This document shows, piece after piece, positions 1-12,560 of a stretch of 64,000 nt of DNA. The notes below the pieces were generated by a model. The model saw only the letters and a list, made by a program, of their open reading frames with translations. It did not search any database and was not told the origin of the DNA. Both the position numbers and the translations under genes were made by a program. The stretch's first letter is position 1, and the number at the start of each line of letters is the position of its first letter. The DNA is from Phoronis australis. Lineage: Eukaryota; Animalia; Phoronida. The DNA lies in the NCBI GenBank assembly GCA_002633005.1, contig NMRA01000094.1, forward strand, positions 932,034-996,033, written 5' to 3'.

Positions 1-798
1 AAAATTGAGAAAGCGCATGTTTTGATGGTCGGAAACCCTCTTTGTGCGTCGAATACGCAAGTCCAGCTTTTTATTGGGAAACCGTATTAAAAATGCGCCT
101 ATCGAGGCGCTCTTTGTGGGTTGACAGCGCAAACTCGACATTTTTTATTGAGAAAAAGCATTTTTACAAAAGAGAATCGGTTGTCTGTTTCATGTGCGTC
201 AACAACGCAAACCAGACCCACTCATTGGAAAGCCCATATTTGTCACCAGGAAGACTCCTTTTTCACAACGCAGCCCGCTATTTCAAGTGAGATAGCACAT
301 TTTTGATAAGAGTCCGTCACTTGCCGAGAACGGTTTTTGAGCATCGGCGAAGCAAGCCGAATATTTCATATTGAGAAAGGGCATCCTTGAAAAGAAGAAC
401 CAAAACTTGTCGGGAAAGGTATTTATGCGTTGACAACGCACATTTCTTATTGGGAAAGCCAGATTTTCAAAAATTAATCGCGTAGACCGTTTGAGTCTTA
501 TTGACCTGCAATTATGCTGCTATCAAATGACCGAGTCGGCAATGTTTGATACTACGACCGCTCATCGAAATAATGTACACCCACGAAATTGGGACACTAG
601 CCCAAACCCAAATTTGGAGGTCCGCCAAATTCGGACACCACAGAAATGATGTTTCGCGAGATTCGTCCAAGAATGAATTTTTTCTATTGGAATTAATTTT
701 CAGTGTCCGAAAATCACGCGACTTTACCGTAAGTCTGAAAAGTGTTTAGTTAACATTGTTGTACTAGCATGCCAAAAACACATTGTATTCTTCTTCAG

Positions 799-939
799 AG
801 AGCACCTAAAGATGGCGCAAGTGTATGGGATAGCGTCTGCTTTCTCAGAATCAGTTATATTCCTAGTATTTGCTGGAGCCTTCCGTTATGGTGCATATCT
901 TGTCATTGATGGACAAATGGAATACCAAAATGTTTTTAT
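799..939 (+). CDS. ABCB1: ABCB1/MDR-like P-glycoprotein, internal exon (TM11 region)
   Basis: Acceptor ttcttcAG (797-798), donor GTAAGT at 940. Translates EHLKMAQVYGIASAFSESVIFLVFAGAFRYGAYLVIDGQMEYQNVFM, resembling ABCB1 TMD2 (FRFGAYLV). Paralog (ABCB1/4/5-like) not resolved. Confidence 0.88.
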
Positions 940-1337
940 GTAAGTACTTTACACTGTAAATAGATTTTGAAGGTCCAGAACAGCTTGTGCAGGGAAGTGA
1001 AGTAAAGTTAAAAATGGCAGTTAACTTTGATATTTTTATTCTTTTCTAATTAATTAAACATTTACATCCAGTCATCAGCATACAAGATTTGACATGGAAA
1101 AATTACCGTGAGAAGTGTTTGACCATTAATGTTGCTTGGGGTTGTAAGACTGTTGGCAGGCGAGCACTGCTGTGGCAGCAACTGAACTTAAACCATCTCT
1201 TACTACTTGCATCTAATTTCAATTGCAGTCTTGTCTGATGTACTCCTGATACACAAATTACAATTTTGTCATTATTGTTACAGGTTGTAGTCAAGTCTGT
1301 GATCAGTCTACATGATGCATGATGCTCTCATTTTCAG

Positions 1338-1494
1338 GGTCTTCTTTGCACTTGCATTTTCTGGTATGTCACTGGGTCAGATGTTCTCTTACTTACCAAA
1401 CTACTCTAAGGCCAGACATGCAGCCAGTCTCATACTGAAGGTCCTCAACTCCCATCCTGTCATTGATAGCTTCTCTCAAGCTGGAGAGACTCTT
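1338..1494 (+). CDS. ABCB1: ABCB1-like exon (TM12 and linker to NBD2)
   Basis: Acceptor ttttcAG ending 1337, donor GTAAGT at 1495. VFFALAFSGMSLGQMFSYLPNYSKARHAASLILKVLNSHPVIDSFSQAGETL; phase matches the previous exon (AT+G). Confidence 0.9.
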
Positions 1495-2196
1495 GTAAGT
1501 GTTCAACTCTCATCCTGTCATTGATAGCTTCTCTCAAGCTGGAGAGACTCTTGTAAGTGTTCAACTCCCATCATGTCTTTGATAGCTTCTCTCAAGCTGG
1601 AGAGACTTTTGTAAGTGTTCAACTCTCATCCTGTCATTGATAGCTTCTCTCAAGCTGGAGAGACTCTTGTAAGTGTCCAACTACCATCCTGTCACTGATT
1701 GCTTCTCTCAAGCTGGAGAGACTCTTGTAAGTGTTCAACTCCCATCCTATCATTGATAGCTTCTCTCAAGCTGGAGAGACTCTTGTAAGTGTCCAACTCC
1801 CATCATGTCATAGATAGTTTCTCTCAAGCTGGAGAGACTCTTGTAAGTGTTCAACTTCCATCCTGTCATTGATAGCTTCTCTCAAGCTGGAGAGACTCTT
1901 GTAAGTGTCCAACTCCCATCATGTCATAGATAGTTTCTCTCAAGCTGGAGAGACTCTTGTAAGTGTTCAACTTCCATCCTGTCATTGATAGTTTCTCTCA
2001 AGCTGGAGAGACTCTTGTAAGTGTCCAACTCCCATCTCATCATTGATAGCTTCTCTCAAGCAGGAGAGACTCTTGTAAGTGTTCAACTCCCATCCTGTCA
2101 TTGATAGCTTCTCTCAAGGTGGAGAGACTTGTAAGTGTCTAATTCCATCCTGTCATTGATTGCTTCTCTCAAGCTGGAGGGACTCTTCTAAGTGTT
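1446..2196 (+). repeat. 58-bp minisatellite, about 13 copies, made of the exon 3' end plus the splice donor
   Basis: Unit caactcccatcctgtcattgatagcttctctcaagctggagagactcttGTAAGTgtt. Intact GTAAGT at 1495, 1553, 1611, 1669, 1727, 1785, 1843, 1901, 1959, 2017, 2075 and 2131; the last copy is mutated (ctaagt at 2188). Confidence 0.97.
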
Positions 2197-2271
2197 GCTC
2201 TTCCATTCTAGACTTCTCTGGGTACTGCTAAATTGTGTTGTCATTGTCTGCTAGTGACACCTGAAGGGAGG

Positions 2272-2408
2272 TGGGCTGTCTTGTTGTCGTGTGGTGTCTT
2301 GTTGTCGTGTGCTGTCTTGTTTTCGTGTGATGTCTTGTTGTCGTGTGATGTCTTGTTGTCGTGTGATGTCTTGTTGTCGTGTGATGTCTTGTTGTCGTGT
2401 GTGTGTGT
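2272..2408. repeat. 18-bp tandem repeat (tgatgtcttgttgtcgtg), about 7 copies
   Basis: Directly visible; it produces the spurious CDVLLS and HDNKTS ORFs. Confidence 0.9.
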
Positions 2409-2525
2409 CAGAATAAGCAGAGAAGCCCAGTTGTGATCAGATGGTAAATGCCGTAGTGCAAATAACCACATAAGTGGCCATGTGAACAGAAGTCGTAAGA
2501 AAAATATTGATCAGCTTCGTAATTA

Positions 2526-2612
2526 TGTGTGTGTGTGTGTTTGTTCGTGTGTTTGTTCGTGTGTTTGTGCGTACGCTCTTGCATGTTCATGTGTGAGTCC
2601 GTGTGTGTGTTT
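2526..2612. repeat. TG-rich microsatellite
   Basis: (TG)n with interruptions, about 75 nt upstream of the 2689 acceptor. Confidence 0.8.
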
Positions 2613-2688
2613 GTCTTCAAGATTTCCTGTAAATTGTTTGAATGTGGTTATCTCCTTCCATTTACCTTTCTCCAATACATTTCTATAG

Positions 2689-2886
2689 GTACCTTTTGCT
2701 GGTGCAGTCACATTCCAAGACGTCATGTTCAGTTATGAAAACCGACGTGAGGTCAAAGTACTGAAAGGCCTGAATTTCACAGTTAGCCCTGGTCAGACAG
2801 TGGCCCTAGTGGGGCCCAGCGGGGCAGGCAAGAGTACAGTGGTGTCCTTGGTACAGAGGTTCTATGACCCTGACTCTGGCCAAGTG
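2689..2886 (+). CDS. ABCB1: ABCB1-like exon, NBD2 Walker A
   Basis: Acceptor ttctatAG ending 2688, donor GTACGT at 2887. [66 protein letters not shown] contains Walker A GPSGAGKS. Confidence 0.95.
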
Positions 2887-4498
2887 GTACGTGCAACTAG
2901 CAATGGGAGAATTTGTTCCAGTAACTTGTATTCAGCACATCCTATTTTGAGGGTTAAAGTGCATTTCAGTAATGCAAAAATTGTAAAATGCCCAGCAGCG
3001 GAAAACTCTTTAATCTTGTGTGTACTGCAGCATAAGACCAGCTAAAGACGTGTGTTTATGTTTATGTTTGTCAGGTGTATTTCTGCAATATCCCATTGTC
3101 ACGAAGATAATAAAGAAATAAGTCCAGCGATTGTGATGAAATGTAATTGGTCCATGGCCATGAACACACTCAGTTACAAACAGTCAAATGAATCTCATTC
3201 ACAACTGTGGACTCCGCTCCTAAAAAGGAAAACAACACAGCATATGCCCAAAGTAACACATGGCCGCACCCAGTGAATGAAATGTGACATACGAAACATC
3301 CCAAAAACTTAATCTATTAATTAAACACAACTGGCAAGTGTCAAAACTACAAAATATCTTCAAGCACCAACATAGTGAGATATCTAGCAATACAGTTACA
3401 AAATTAGATACCATACATTCAAATGGTAAAGAACTTGCATTGCATTATCTTTTAATAGGACAGCACATCTGAGTGTGTCCAATGATGTGGCCAAAATGCT
3501 GTATAAATCCAGTCAAAGAACTAAAAGAGATGCACTAACAACATCTCCAGTGACAACTGGCAGCACCAAACACAGCAGACATAGACCTGAACTGAAAATC
3601 ATCTGTTGATAATTTTACTATGCACGTCAATGTTTCTCGATCTATGGAAGAGTAAATTGTTAGGGATTTGATCGAATATCTTGGAGAAATCTACGAAGGC
3701 ACAGTAAAATCTCCCACTCTGCCAACTGAAATACTTGTGACACATAGCTTGAAGTGTAAACATTTGGTAAATTGTAGAGTAGCCCTTTCTAAAGCCAGCT
3801 TGAGACTCGTAAAGTTTATCATTATTTTCAGTCCAGTAATAAAGACGATTATTTCAAAGTTTGGTAAAAAGTTTTCCCAAAGCAGACAGCAGGGAAATAC
3901 CTCAGTTATTTTCGTCATTGATAGAATGACTTTTCAGTTGAAATAAGAAGTTGAAATTGAATTTCATCTCCAGTGAGATCCAATTGCACAGCATTTGGAA
4001 AGCAATTAAAAAGCAGTTGAAAACCAGTTGAAATTCAGATTTCTAGTATTTTTCAATTGAAAAATATTAAAACTTCAACTCAGAATCATTAGGGTCATTT
4101 ATCAAAGGGGGTTTAAAGCCCCTGAAACCCCATCCTCCGCTCTGTTCTTAAAAATTGACACATTAGAGAAAATGGTGGCTGTCGTGCATGACCATAATTT
4201 CAATAAATGAAGTGAGTTTGACTAGGAGCAGACAGAGCTGCAGTAGGTGGTGCAGTAGTACAGATTTGTTGTATTATTGACTAGTTTAGTTGTTCCTTTT
4301 ACACATGTTTATAAAGAAAGGAGCATTGGACTTCTGTCTGCCTGCATGTGATAGAGCATTAAAAATCATTTTGATACAAGTTAGAATTGGATTATGTATG
4401 AAAAACTGTAGTTGCGTGGTAGTTGAAGTACAATTGAAAAGTAATGAAAATACAAGCTTTTGTAGGTGATACGAGTTGGATTATACGCGGTAATGTTG

Positions 4499-4839
4499 GA
4501 TTATATTGTAAATGGTGCTATTACATAAAAGTCAAGTAGCCATTATATTGTGAATGGTGCTATTACATAAAAGTCAAGTAGCCATTATATTGTAAATGGT
4601 GCTATTACATAAAAGTCAAGTAGCCATTATATTGTAAATGGTGCTATTACATAAAAGTCAAGTAGCCATTATATTGTGAATGGTGCTATTACATAAAAGT
4701 CAAGTAGCCATTATATTGTGAATGGTGCTATTACATAAAAGTCAAGTAGCCATTATATTGTAAATGGTGCTATTATATAAAAGTCAAGTAGCCATTATAT
4801 TGTAAATGGTGCTATTACATAAAAGTCAAGTAGCCATTA
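4499..4839. repeat. 42-bp minisatellite, about 8 copies, ending about 36 nt before a splice acceptor
   Basis: Unit cattatattgtaaatggtgctattacataaaagtcaagtagc. Confidence 0.95.
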
Positions 4840-4875
4840 CATATGTATGTTTACTGTCTTGTATGATTTTCACAG

Positions 4876-5079
4876 TTCTTAGACAATACCAACATCAAAG
4901 AGTTGAACGTCAACTGGCTGCGTAGTCAAATCAGTGTGGTCAGCCAAGAGCCTGTTCTCTTTGACTGCTCCATCCGTGATAACATCGCCTATGGAGTGGA
5001 CGGACATGTAGCAGACCATGACATTATGGAGGTGGCTAAGAAGGCCAATATACATGACTTTGTAGTGTCTCTGCCTGAG
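4876..5079 (+). CDS. ABCB1: ABCB1-like exon, NBD2 Q-loop
   Basis: Acceptor ttttcacAG ending 4875, donor GTGAGA at 5080. FLDNTNIKELNVNWLRSQISVVSQEPVLFDCSIRDNIAYG...ANIHDFVVSLPE. Confidence 0.95.
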
Positions 5080-5831
5080 GTGAGACTGTACTCTATACTA
5101 CTTGACATCATGGTTTTTGTCTTATTTGATAATTGAGCAACTAAAAATTTGAAATTTTAGAAGTGTTCAGAATCTGTGTCTTGATTTCTGTTGGACTTCA
5201 GTTTGTGTAGGACCTCGTCGACAAGTCTTTGCATTCAGCCAAATATTTACAAAACTAGAATTTAACTCAAGAAACACATATATTTGTGAAAGCAGAAAGT
5301 TTGTAATATTGACGTTATTTTTCAAGTCTGCCATTGATTTGGTCACGTAACACTGTCTTAGTAACATTTAGGAAAATGGAAAACTACAATTATAGCAAAA
5401 CAATGGTATCAATAACATGATCAAACTTTGTGTGGTATAACATTAGATAAAATCTCAAAAATGTTTTTACATTTTTTTTAATATTTTTGTTTTCATTTGA
5501 TGCAACTTATCTCGTAAAAATCACAAAAATCTTAATTTTTGGTAGCCGTCATTCAAAAGTGGACCAATTAAAAACAATAGTGAACAGTGTTTTGGAGAAC
5601 AATGCATAAATCATAGTGCCTGAAAGTTTCATAAGGATCCGAATATCCATTTCTGAGATATGATTTTCCAAAGTAAGCCATGTTTGTACACTTCTCTAGG
5701 GTCCTATATATGTAACCTTTTAAAGTTAAAAGAACATTTCCATTTAAATAACAAACAAAACCAGGTTTGGCCATGAAATACTGGACCATTTGTTCATCAT
5801 GCCGTGACTGTTCTGTCAAAATATGTTCCAG

Positions 5832-5978
5832 GGTTATAACACTGTTGTGGGAGAGAAGGGGACGCAGCTGTCGGGAGGACAGAAACAGAGGGTTGCCATA
5901 GCGAGAGCACTGTTATGTAACCCCCGGATACTGTTGCTGGATGAGGCTACCTCAGCTTTAGATATGGAGAGTGAAAAG
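5832..5978 (+). CDS. ABCB1: ABCB1-like exon, ABC signature and Walker B
   Basis: Acceptor ttccAG ending 5831, donor GT at 5979. [49 protein letters not shown]. Confidence 0.97.
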
Positions 5979-6042
5979 GTACAATGCTGGTCAAATGTGT
6001 CCTAAAAATCAATTCCTTTTAGTTTTTGAAAGGCTTCTAATA

Positions 6043-6617
6043 TGTTGTGAATACCCACAATTGGTAAGCTATGGTAACGTGAGTGCCCCCCATTGGTAGC
6101 TATGATAACATTTTGAGTGCCCACAACTGGTAGCTATGGTACAATTGTGAGTGCCCACAATTGGTAGTTATGGTAACATTGTGAATGCCCACAATTGGTA
6201 GCTATGATAACATTGTGAGTGCCAACAATTGGTAGCTATGATAACATTGTGAATGTCCAAAATTGGTAGCTATGATAACATTGTGAATGCTCACAATTGG
6301 TAGCTATGGTAGCATTGTGAGTGCCCACAAGTGGTAGCTATGATGACATTGTGAATGCTCACAATTGGTAGCTATGGTAACATTGTGAATGCCCACAATT
6401 GGTAGCTATGGTAACATTGTGAGTGCCCACAGTTGGTAGCTATGATAACATTGTGAGTGCCCACAATTGGTAGCTATGATAACATTGTGAGTGCCCACAG
6501 TTGGTAGCTATGGTAACATTGTGAGTGCCCACAATTGGTAGCTATGGCAACATTGTGAGTGCCCACAATTGGTAGCTATGTTAACATTGTGAATGCCCAC
6601 AACTGGTAGCTATGGTT
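6043..6617. repeat. 34-bp minisatellite, about 17 copies, starting about 65 nt after a splice donor
   Basis: Unit attgtgagtgcccacaattggtagctatgataac; many units contain a donor-like GTGAGT. Confidence 0.95.
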
Positions 6618-6769
6618 AAAACTTGAATGTGGTAAAGCATCATTTTGGCACTATATGTCAGCTATGTAAAAATGAAGAAATAAAATTTCACTTGTCCGTT
6701 ATATTGTGTTCTAATTTGGTGAGATTTTAATGTAACCAATGTGGCAATATTCACTTACAGGGGTCTAAA

Positions 6770-7459
6770 AGGCCTTTTCCATTACCTCCGAAGCTTGGTG
6801 TTGCCGAAGCTTCGGTCAATGAGAACACTTAACTTCGGTCTAGAATCAAAGTTAACAGCACAAGTTAACTTCGAAGTAAAGAGGTGGATTTAAGCGTTTA
6901 CGTTTCACTTAAACTTCGAAGAAATCAGAGTTATTGGCGGGGGTTGCTGCCTGTGTCTGCCAACAGTGGGCAGTAACTGGTTACTATCTGTTAACATTTT
7001 GTTCTAATAATTATTATTTTGGTGGTATAAGCATTTTGTTTCATTTTATCCAGGTATTTGCTGGATTCTTTACATTTAAATCTCTGAATGTGTAGTGTTC
7101 ACAAAACAAGTTCTCGCCATCCCATGCCGCCTTTGTTTGGATCGGCTATTAGCCTGCGCAAGAGTCAATTTTTAATTTGTCATTTTCTTGTACATCGTCA
7201 TCATACCAAAATGGCAACTGTTGGCTGCCTTCATTTTAGTTTCCATCTGGGGAGAGGGAGAGGTCCTTGTCATTTTTGATGGCACGCACTGTCAAAAGTA
7301 GCGAGACCATATGATCAAAGGTCATGTCAGCCGCCTTGCGATACCTTCCCTGAACTATAACTTGAAGCTGATGGGAACACCGATGCTTAACTTTGCTGTT
7401 AATCATAGTTAACATCAAAGATTTGGTAGTACCAAAGTTCTGTATATGGGAAAGGGCCT
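6770..7459. mobile_element. Non-autonomous TIR element (PIF/Harbinger-like MITE), copy 1
   Basis: Ends aggccttttcc...gggaaagggcct flanked by TAA-like triplets. The body (acacttaacttcggtct...gttaacttcgaagtaaagaggtggattt) is homologous to 58006-59078. The superfamily call is an inference from TIR and TSD type. Confidence 0.65.
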
Positions 7460-7555
7460 TAATGCCAATATTCAGTGAAGAAAACGTGTTCTCAAAATGC
7501 AGAACCCATCTGCTTTTAAGAGGTAAATAATAGAACCACATTTTGTGTTGCTTAG

Positions 7556-7762
7556 ATGGTTCAAGCTGCATTGGATCGGGCGCGTGAAGGTCGTTCTTGC
7601 ATTGTCATCGCACATCGCTTGTCCACCATCCAGAATGCTGATAACATTGTGGTCATTGAAAATGGTGTGATGGTAGAACAGGGAACTCATCAGGAGCTTG
7701 TAGCAAAGAAAGGCGCCTACTACGCACTGACTGCAGGGCAGAGATTTGTGGAGGCCAGTTAA
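7556..7762 (+). CDS. ABCB1: ABCB1-like terminal exon (H-loop, stop)
   Basis: Acceptor ttgcttAG ending 7555. [58 protein letters not shown]...stop at 7762. Confidence 0.96.
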   Translation: MVQAALDRAREGRSCIVIAHRLSTIQNADNIVVIENGVMVEQGTHQELVAKKGAYYALTAGQRFVEAS

Positions 7763-7894
7763 CTGAGTTGTACCTCACGAAATGATTTATGAACATGTTT
7801 TTGGAAAATTTGATTTGCCAGTGCTTGCAACGAGTTGTTTGCATTCATTATTTCTTATTATGTCTTATTACGGTGTTGTTGGAAATATTAAGGC

Positions 7895-7900
7895 AATAAA
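7895..7900 (+). terminator. Candidate proximal polyadenylation signal of the ABCB gene (a second AATAAA lies at 8486-8491)
   Basis: AATAAA about 130 nt after the stop, followed by a T/GT-rich tract. Confidence 0.5.
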
Positions 7901-8085
7901 AGATCTGCGTTTTGAATGTATTTTTTGTGTATATGAGCAATCCTGATCTTGGATATTATGACAACACGCCTTCTGTAATTGTAATATACATTAATTCTTA
8001 ACTTATATAACACAAAATGTGGCGGACTCATGAAATTTATTTAGTCAAATTTGTCAACAATTTGTCTGTTAGTAACTTGGGGACT

Positions 8086-8199
8086 GTGTCACAAAGCAAC
8101 ATATTATTTGTAGTCAGGTGTGTAGGTGTCACAAAGCAACATATTATTTGTAGTCAGGTGTGTAGGTGTCACAAAGCAACATATTATTTGTAGTCAGGT
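8086..8199. repeat. 40-bp tandem repeat, about 3 copies
   Basis: Unit gtgtcacaaagcaacatattatttgtagtcaggtgtgtag. Confidence 0.9.
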
Positions 8200-9874
8200 A
8201 ATGAGCTTTTGAAAAGTCACCTATGGTAATTCAAAAATTATTTTTAACAAAAAATTTAATTGCCAAAATTCCGAAGGAATACCATAAGAATTTTGTGGTG
8301 GCATGTTTCTTGGACAAACTTCTCAATTTTCTCACCTTTGTCTCAGGGGGTGTTTTCACGATGTTCAGACAGGCTCCAACGGTATGAAATGACTACCTTG
8401 ATGTGACTGCGCTCATTTTAAACATTCCAATTCTGGAACATTCCACAAGTCGCGTCTGATTATTGTGATTGCAATGTTAAGTTGTAATAAAGTTACATGT
8501 TAGTATGTAATATATGTTAAAGTTTTTATACAGGAATCTCTTGTGACGTATTTATTCAATTTTAACGCAATCAATCGACGAGTTAAAATTTCTGTTGCTC
8601 CTTGTTTGTCATGCATTTACAAGTAAAAAGCAGCCATTGTTGTGCCATGTAAGATTTTTAGCCTGTTAGTGCTACTTAATTGTGGTTTTACAAGATTTTG
8701 TTTTAATTCACTTACACCATGTTGATAAAGAAAACTTTATCAGCACTTAGAAAGTGAACAGTTTACTGCATATGTTTGACTGAAAAGGTACATATCTGTC
8801 ATGTTCAGTATTTACACAATACATATATTTTAATGAATGAAAGTATTTGTATCTCACACAATGTGTCCCCAATAATGTGGTCAGTAAGTCTTGATAATGG
8901 GTTTTTTCATCACGCAATTTTTCCAAATTCAGCTGGTCCATTGTTTTATTTAGATAAATTACTATAAATAGAGGCAGACTATGAGAACATACACCTCCAC
9001 AGGAGTGCGAATTTGGCTGTCTTGGGGCTTACCCAGAGAAGGAGGTCGCCAGAAAGTTGTACTGTTTCAACAAAAATTGACAAGAAATCACTTTTTAGAC
9101 TTGAATGGGTTACGCTGGTTTGAGGAAAGTGATTTCGACTTTAGGGCTAATCTTTTGTGAAATTCACGCACTGTCAAAATGCTTCTTAAGGTATAAAGGT
9201 AAGGTAAGCTACTTCAGTGATATCCTGCGAAATACCAGTAGTATATAGACAGCACATGGCGTGAGAAACTTTGGTTATAGATTGGTCTATTTTGGAAAGT
9301 GAAAGTGAGACCTATGATCATTGGGCCAATTTGGAGAAAGTTCACTTAATTTGGGTCATGCTTTGAAGGTACACTTTGAAAAGATGCTGGTTCTGAGGTC
9401 CATTGTGCATTCCCTTAGGCGTTGTTTCTTCCTAGGAAACCCTTGAAACACGGATACACGAGTTTTTGATGGCTTCCCCTTGGTGAGCAAAATTATGTAA
9501 AACTAACCGAATTTCATGAACTCAGTACAAAATCACGGAAACACGATCGAAAGGGTAGTGACTCGAAATTGGCAAAGTGCACTTGCTGTTTGGGGGTCAG
9601 GTGATGAAGGGTCTCCAGTATGGGGGTCAGGGTGATAAAGGGTCTCCCGTATCAGCGTGCATCTAAGTCAAGTTTACTGAAGCATTGCGATTAGCTTCAA
9701 CTTATCAAAAAATCGACTGCTTCGTAGCCTACAAATTGGCCACTTTTTCGTAGGTACGTAAACATGCCAAAGTATAGGGATTAATTCCTCTGCACTGGTT
9801 ACCAGAATGCAATAATTTTGACATCAAGCCGACCTAGTCAACGCAACTGATAAAAACTAGGGGCAGGGGCGNAC

Positions 9875-10033
9875 TAGGGGCGGGTACAGGATTTTGAGTT
9901 GGGGGGGGGCAGGGCAGTGTATTAGCCAGGATTTTGCCCGTCAGACATTGGCACTCCCGAACTGCCAAATGGAATCCTGGAGAATTTTAGGTAGCCATGG
10001 CCCCCTTAATTGGCCCCTCTAATTCCGCCACTG
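9875..10033 (-). mobile_element. Short dispersed hAT-like MITE with CAGTGGCGGA-type end, copy 1
   Basis: Reverse complement of 47682-47845 (ggcagtgtattagccaggattttgcc...tccgccactg). Confidence 0.6.
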
Positions 10034-10049
10034 AGGGGCACACAGATTT

Positions 10050-10237
10050 TTAAGTCAAGGTTATGTAGTCCCGTATCAACTTAAGTCAAGGTTATGTAGT
10101 CCCGTATCAACTTAAGTCAAGGTTATGTAGTCCCGTATCAACTTAAGTCAAGGTTATGTAGTCCCGTATCAACTTAAGTCAAGGTTATGTAGTCCCGTAT
10201 CAACTTAAGTCAAGGTTATGTAGTCCCGTATCAACTT
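10050..10237. repeat. 31-bp perfect tandem repeat, 6 copies
   Basis: Unit ttaagtcaaggttatgtagtcccgtatcaac. Confidence 0.95.
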
Positions 10238-12079
10238 GTCGTGTATTTAGCCAAATATCTACAAAACGAGATTTTATTTCAGTAAAAGTTGATATTTTCT
10301 GAAAGTAGTAAGCATGTAAGTGACCAGTCTTTTTAGTTAAATTTAGTAAAAAAGAAAGGTACGGCGTAGCTAAACACTAGTATCGATATTTTATAAAAAT
10401 GAGCAAATGTTCGATATAAGTGTTCAAAACTGAAATCTCAAAACCCTGTTACATTTTTTAAATAATCATTTCGTTTCCATTTCAAGTTATACAATTTTTC
10501 AGTTTGTCATAAATGTTTTTTATAGCGCTTCATGCAAAATGAAAATTTTTTTAAAATTTTAAAAAATCATTCTGAAATCTTGACGGCGTTGTTGGGGAGC
10601 GGTGCCCAAAGCAGTGGTATTTGAAAATTTCATGTGAATCCACTCAGCCATTTATGAGATATAAAGTTCTGACGTTTGCCAAATTTATCAATTTTTCGAG
10701 AATCCTACATAACCTTATGCAAGTTGTCCGTAATCCATAGTTTGGAATGTTAGGCGAAGGCATACACGCCTTGCCAGTGTGGGGTTTTTAGGCAAATTGT
10801 TTTGCTTTACCGGACTAGAAATACCGTTTTTTTTTGAATTTGATAATATTAGTCAGTTTGGTCCAGAAAATCTGTGCATCATTATTCTCGAAATTTGAGT
10901 GATTAAGAGAAAGTCCTTTTAGACAATCTACTATTTTACTGCAGAAATGAGGCTCCCTCCCAAACAAAAATGTCATGGCCAGGCGCGGCCCTAATGGTAA
11001 ATCCAGCAGTCACGTCTATGCTAAAGTCGCCACAGGTTCATCTTGATGGTCTGCAACATCAAGGACAGTGTATGAAAACTAAGTAAGTGAAAATCCAGTC
11101 CTTGGCCTTATTCATGTCTGATCTAGAAGAAACTTTGACTATGTTCTTCGTAAACATTCTTTTCAAAATTTCATCTCTAAAAATTCACGAGACTGACGGT
11201 AGGATTTTCCTTAAAACCTGATAAAATCCGTCAAAACACGGTCGATGATCTATGAACATCCAACTAATGCTACAATGCAACGCACAGCAGAAAGCTTACG
11301 CAAAAATGACTTTCAATTTTTTATTTTTAGGTAAGAATACAACATTTGCTATCAAATTTGCTACGTCAGGAGTCACAAAACGTAAATACTTCAATACCTT
11401 TTTACTGAGTTTTAAAATAGAATAAACAACTTTAAAAATACAGTCATGGGTTAGTTGTGAATAGCACTGAGCGTGCCAGAAATCTTCAAAGCATTTACCA
11501 ATGGTGCCGCGGCGTTGGTAACTGTCCTGTCTCGTATTATATGCCATCCTATAGTAAGACGGCCTGTAATAGAGCATCTGTTGTACCACTGACTACCAGA
11601 GCCGGGTACTATTAAGGAGACCTCGTGGTACAGACTCGTTCTTTGTCCTCAAAACGGCGCCGTACATTCAAAATTCAGACCAACGTCTTACCTAGACAAA
11701 ATGGGTGTCTGACGGAGTTACCCAACAATTGCAATTAATTCTTGAGATGTTCACTCCCAATCTAGATATGTGTCGTGGAACAAATGTTGCAGTGATCTGG
11801 AAAACTTCAAGAACATGGCTGCGACTTTTCTTTAAAGTGTCGAAACTGTATCTTTTGGCCTTTTCATTGATAAGAAAACCATGTGATCTTGATGTTTACT
11901 CATAGCTGTATATTCCTTGCCCTTCTTTGTACTGTAGTATACCTGTACCGTACACTTTATCCTGTATCGGTAACTAACTCTTGTGCTTATGTTGTTTTGT
12001 TATTTATACACCACACCGATGAAAAATGAACGTTTTACTCATCTTCTTACTATTTCGCAATCAGCTGTTTTCTTTATAG

Positions 12080-12560
12080 TTCCCGCCAAATGACGTAATC
12101 GGTCGTAACTTGCCGTCTTATTGACTTGTGGATGAATGAATGAAAATATCTACAAAAAAAGAAGAATGAGGAACAATCGTTAATGTGGTAAAGATTCAAT
12201 CACTCTCGATTTCTTTTTAGGCCTACCAAGAATTTGGAGCCGATCTGTTCAGAAAACACCAGAATCAGAAATAAACAAACTAAAGAACACTAGATGGCGT
12301 AAATTTATCACTCATCCAATCAGCTTGAGGTTAACTGCAAACGTTGGAGCAATCAGCATTCTTGGATACCCGCGTAAACACGATGTCAACATTAGAGAAA
12401 TGTGGTAACTCTCGCTCGTTTGGTGGAACATTTGGTCATGTATCTGGCCAAAGCATCTTTTATATGTAGAAAATTAACTGGACTAGTAAGTAAAGTCAAA
12501 TCATTAGTATAAGGACCGAGAACGGAGGTTGAGGGCGGGTTGCTATGAACCATATTTCAG
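12080..12560 (+). promoter_or_regulatory. Putative promoter region of the uncharacterised + strand gene
   Basis: Relatively CpG-rich, with CRE-like TGACGTAA (about 12091), CCAAT (about 12316) and GC box GGGCGG (about 12533). Donor-like GTGAGT at 12753 and 12807 precede the acceptor at 12890, suggesting a non-coding first exon. Confidence 0.4.

Noticed and set aside
1-730. Degenerate periodicity of about 75 bp (attgagaaag/attgggaaa) ending in ...accgta
   Set aside because: Probably the end of a repeat element, but its other end is outside the window so it cannot be classified.
9856-9885. Short duplication actagggg around an N
   Set aside because: Scaffold-join artefact at 9872.
10050-10237. 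31-bp repeats (also the 34-, 32- and 25-bp arrays) as a possible CRISPR array
   Set aside because: Contiguous units without unique spacers, eukaryotic context and no cas genes.
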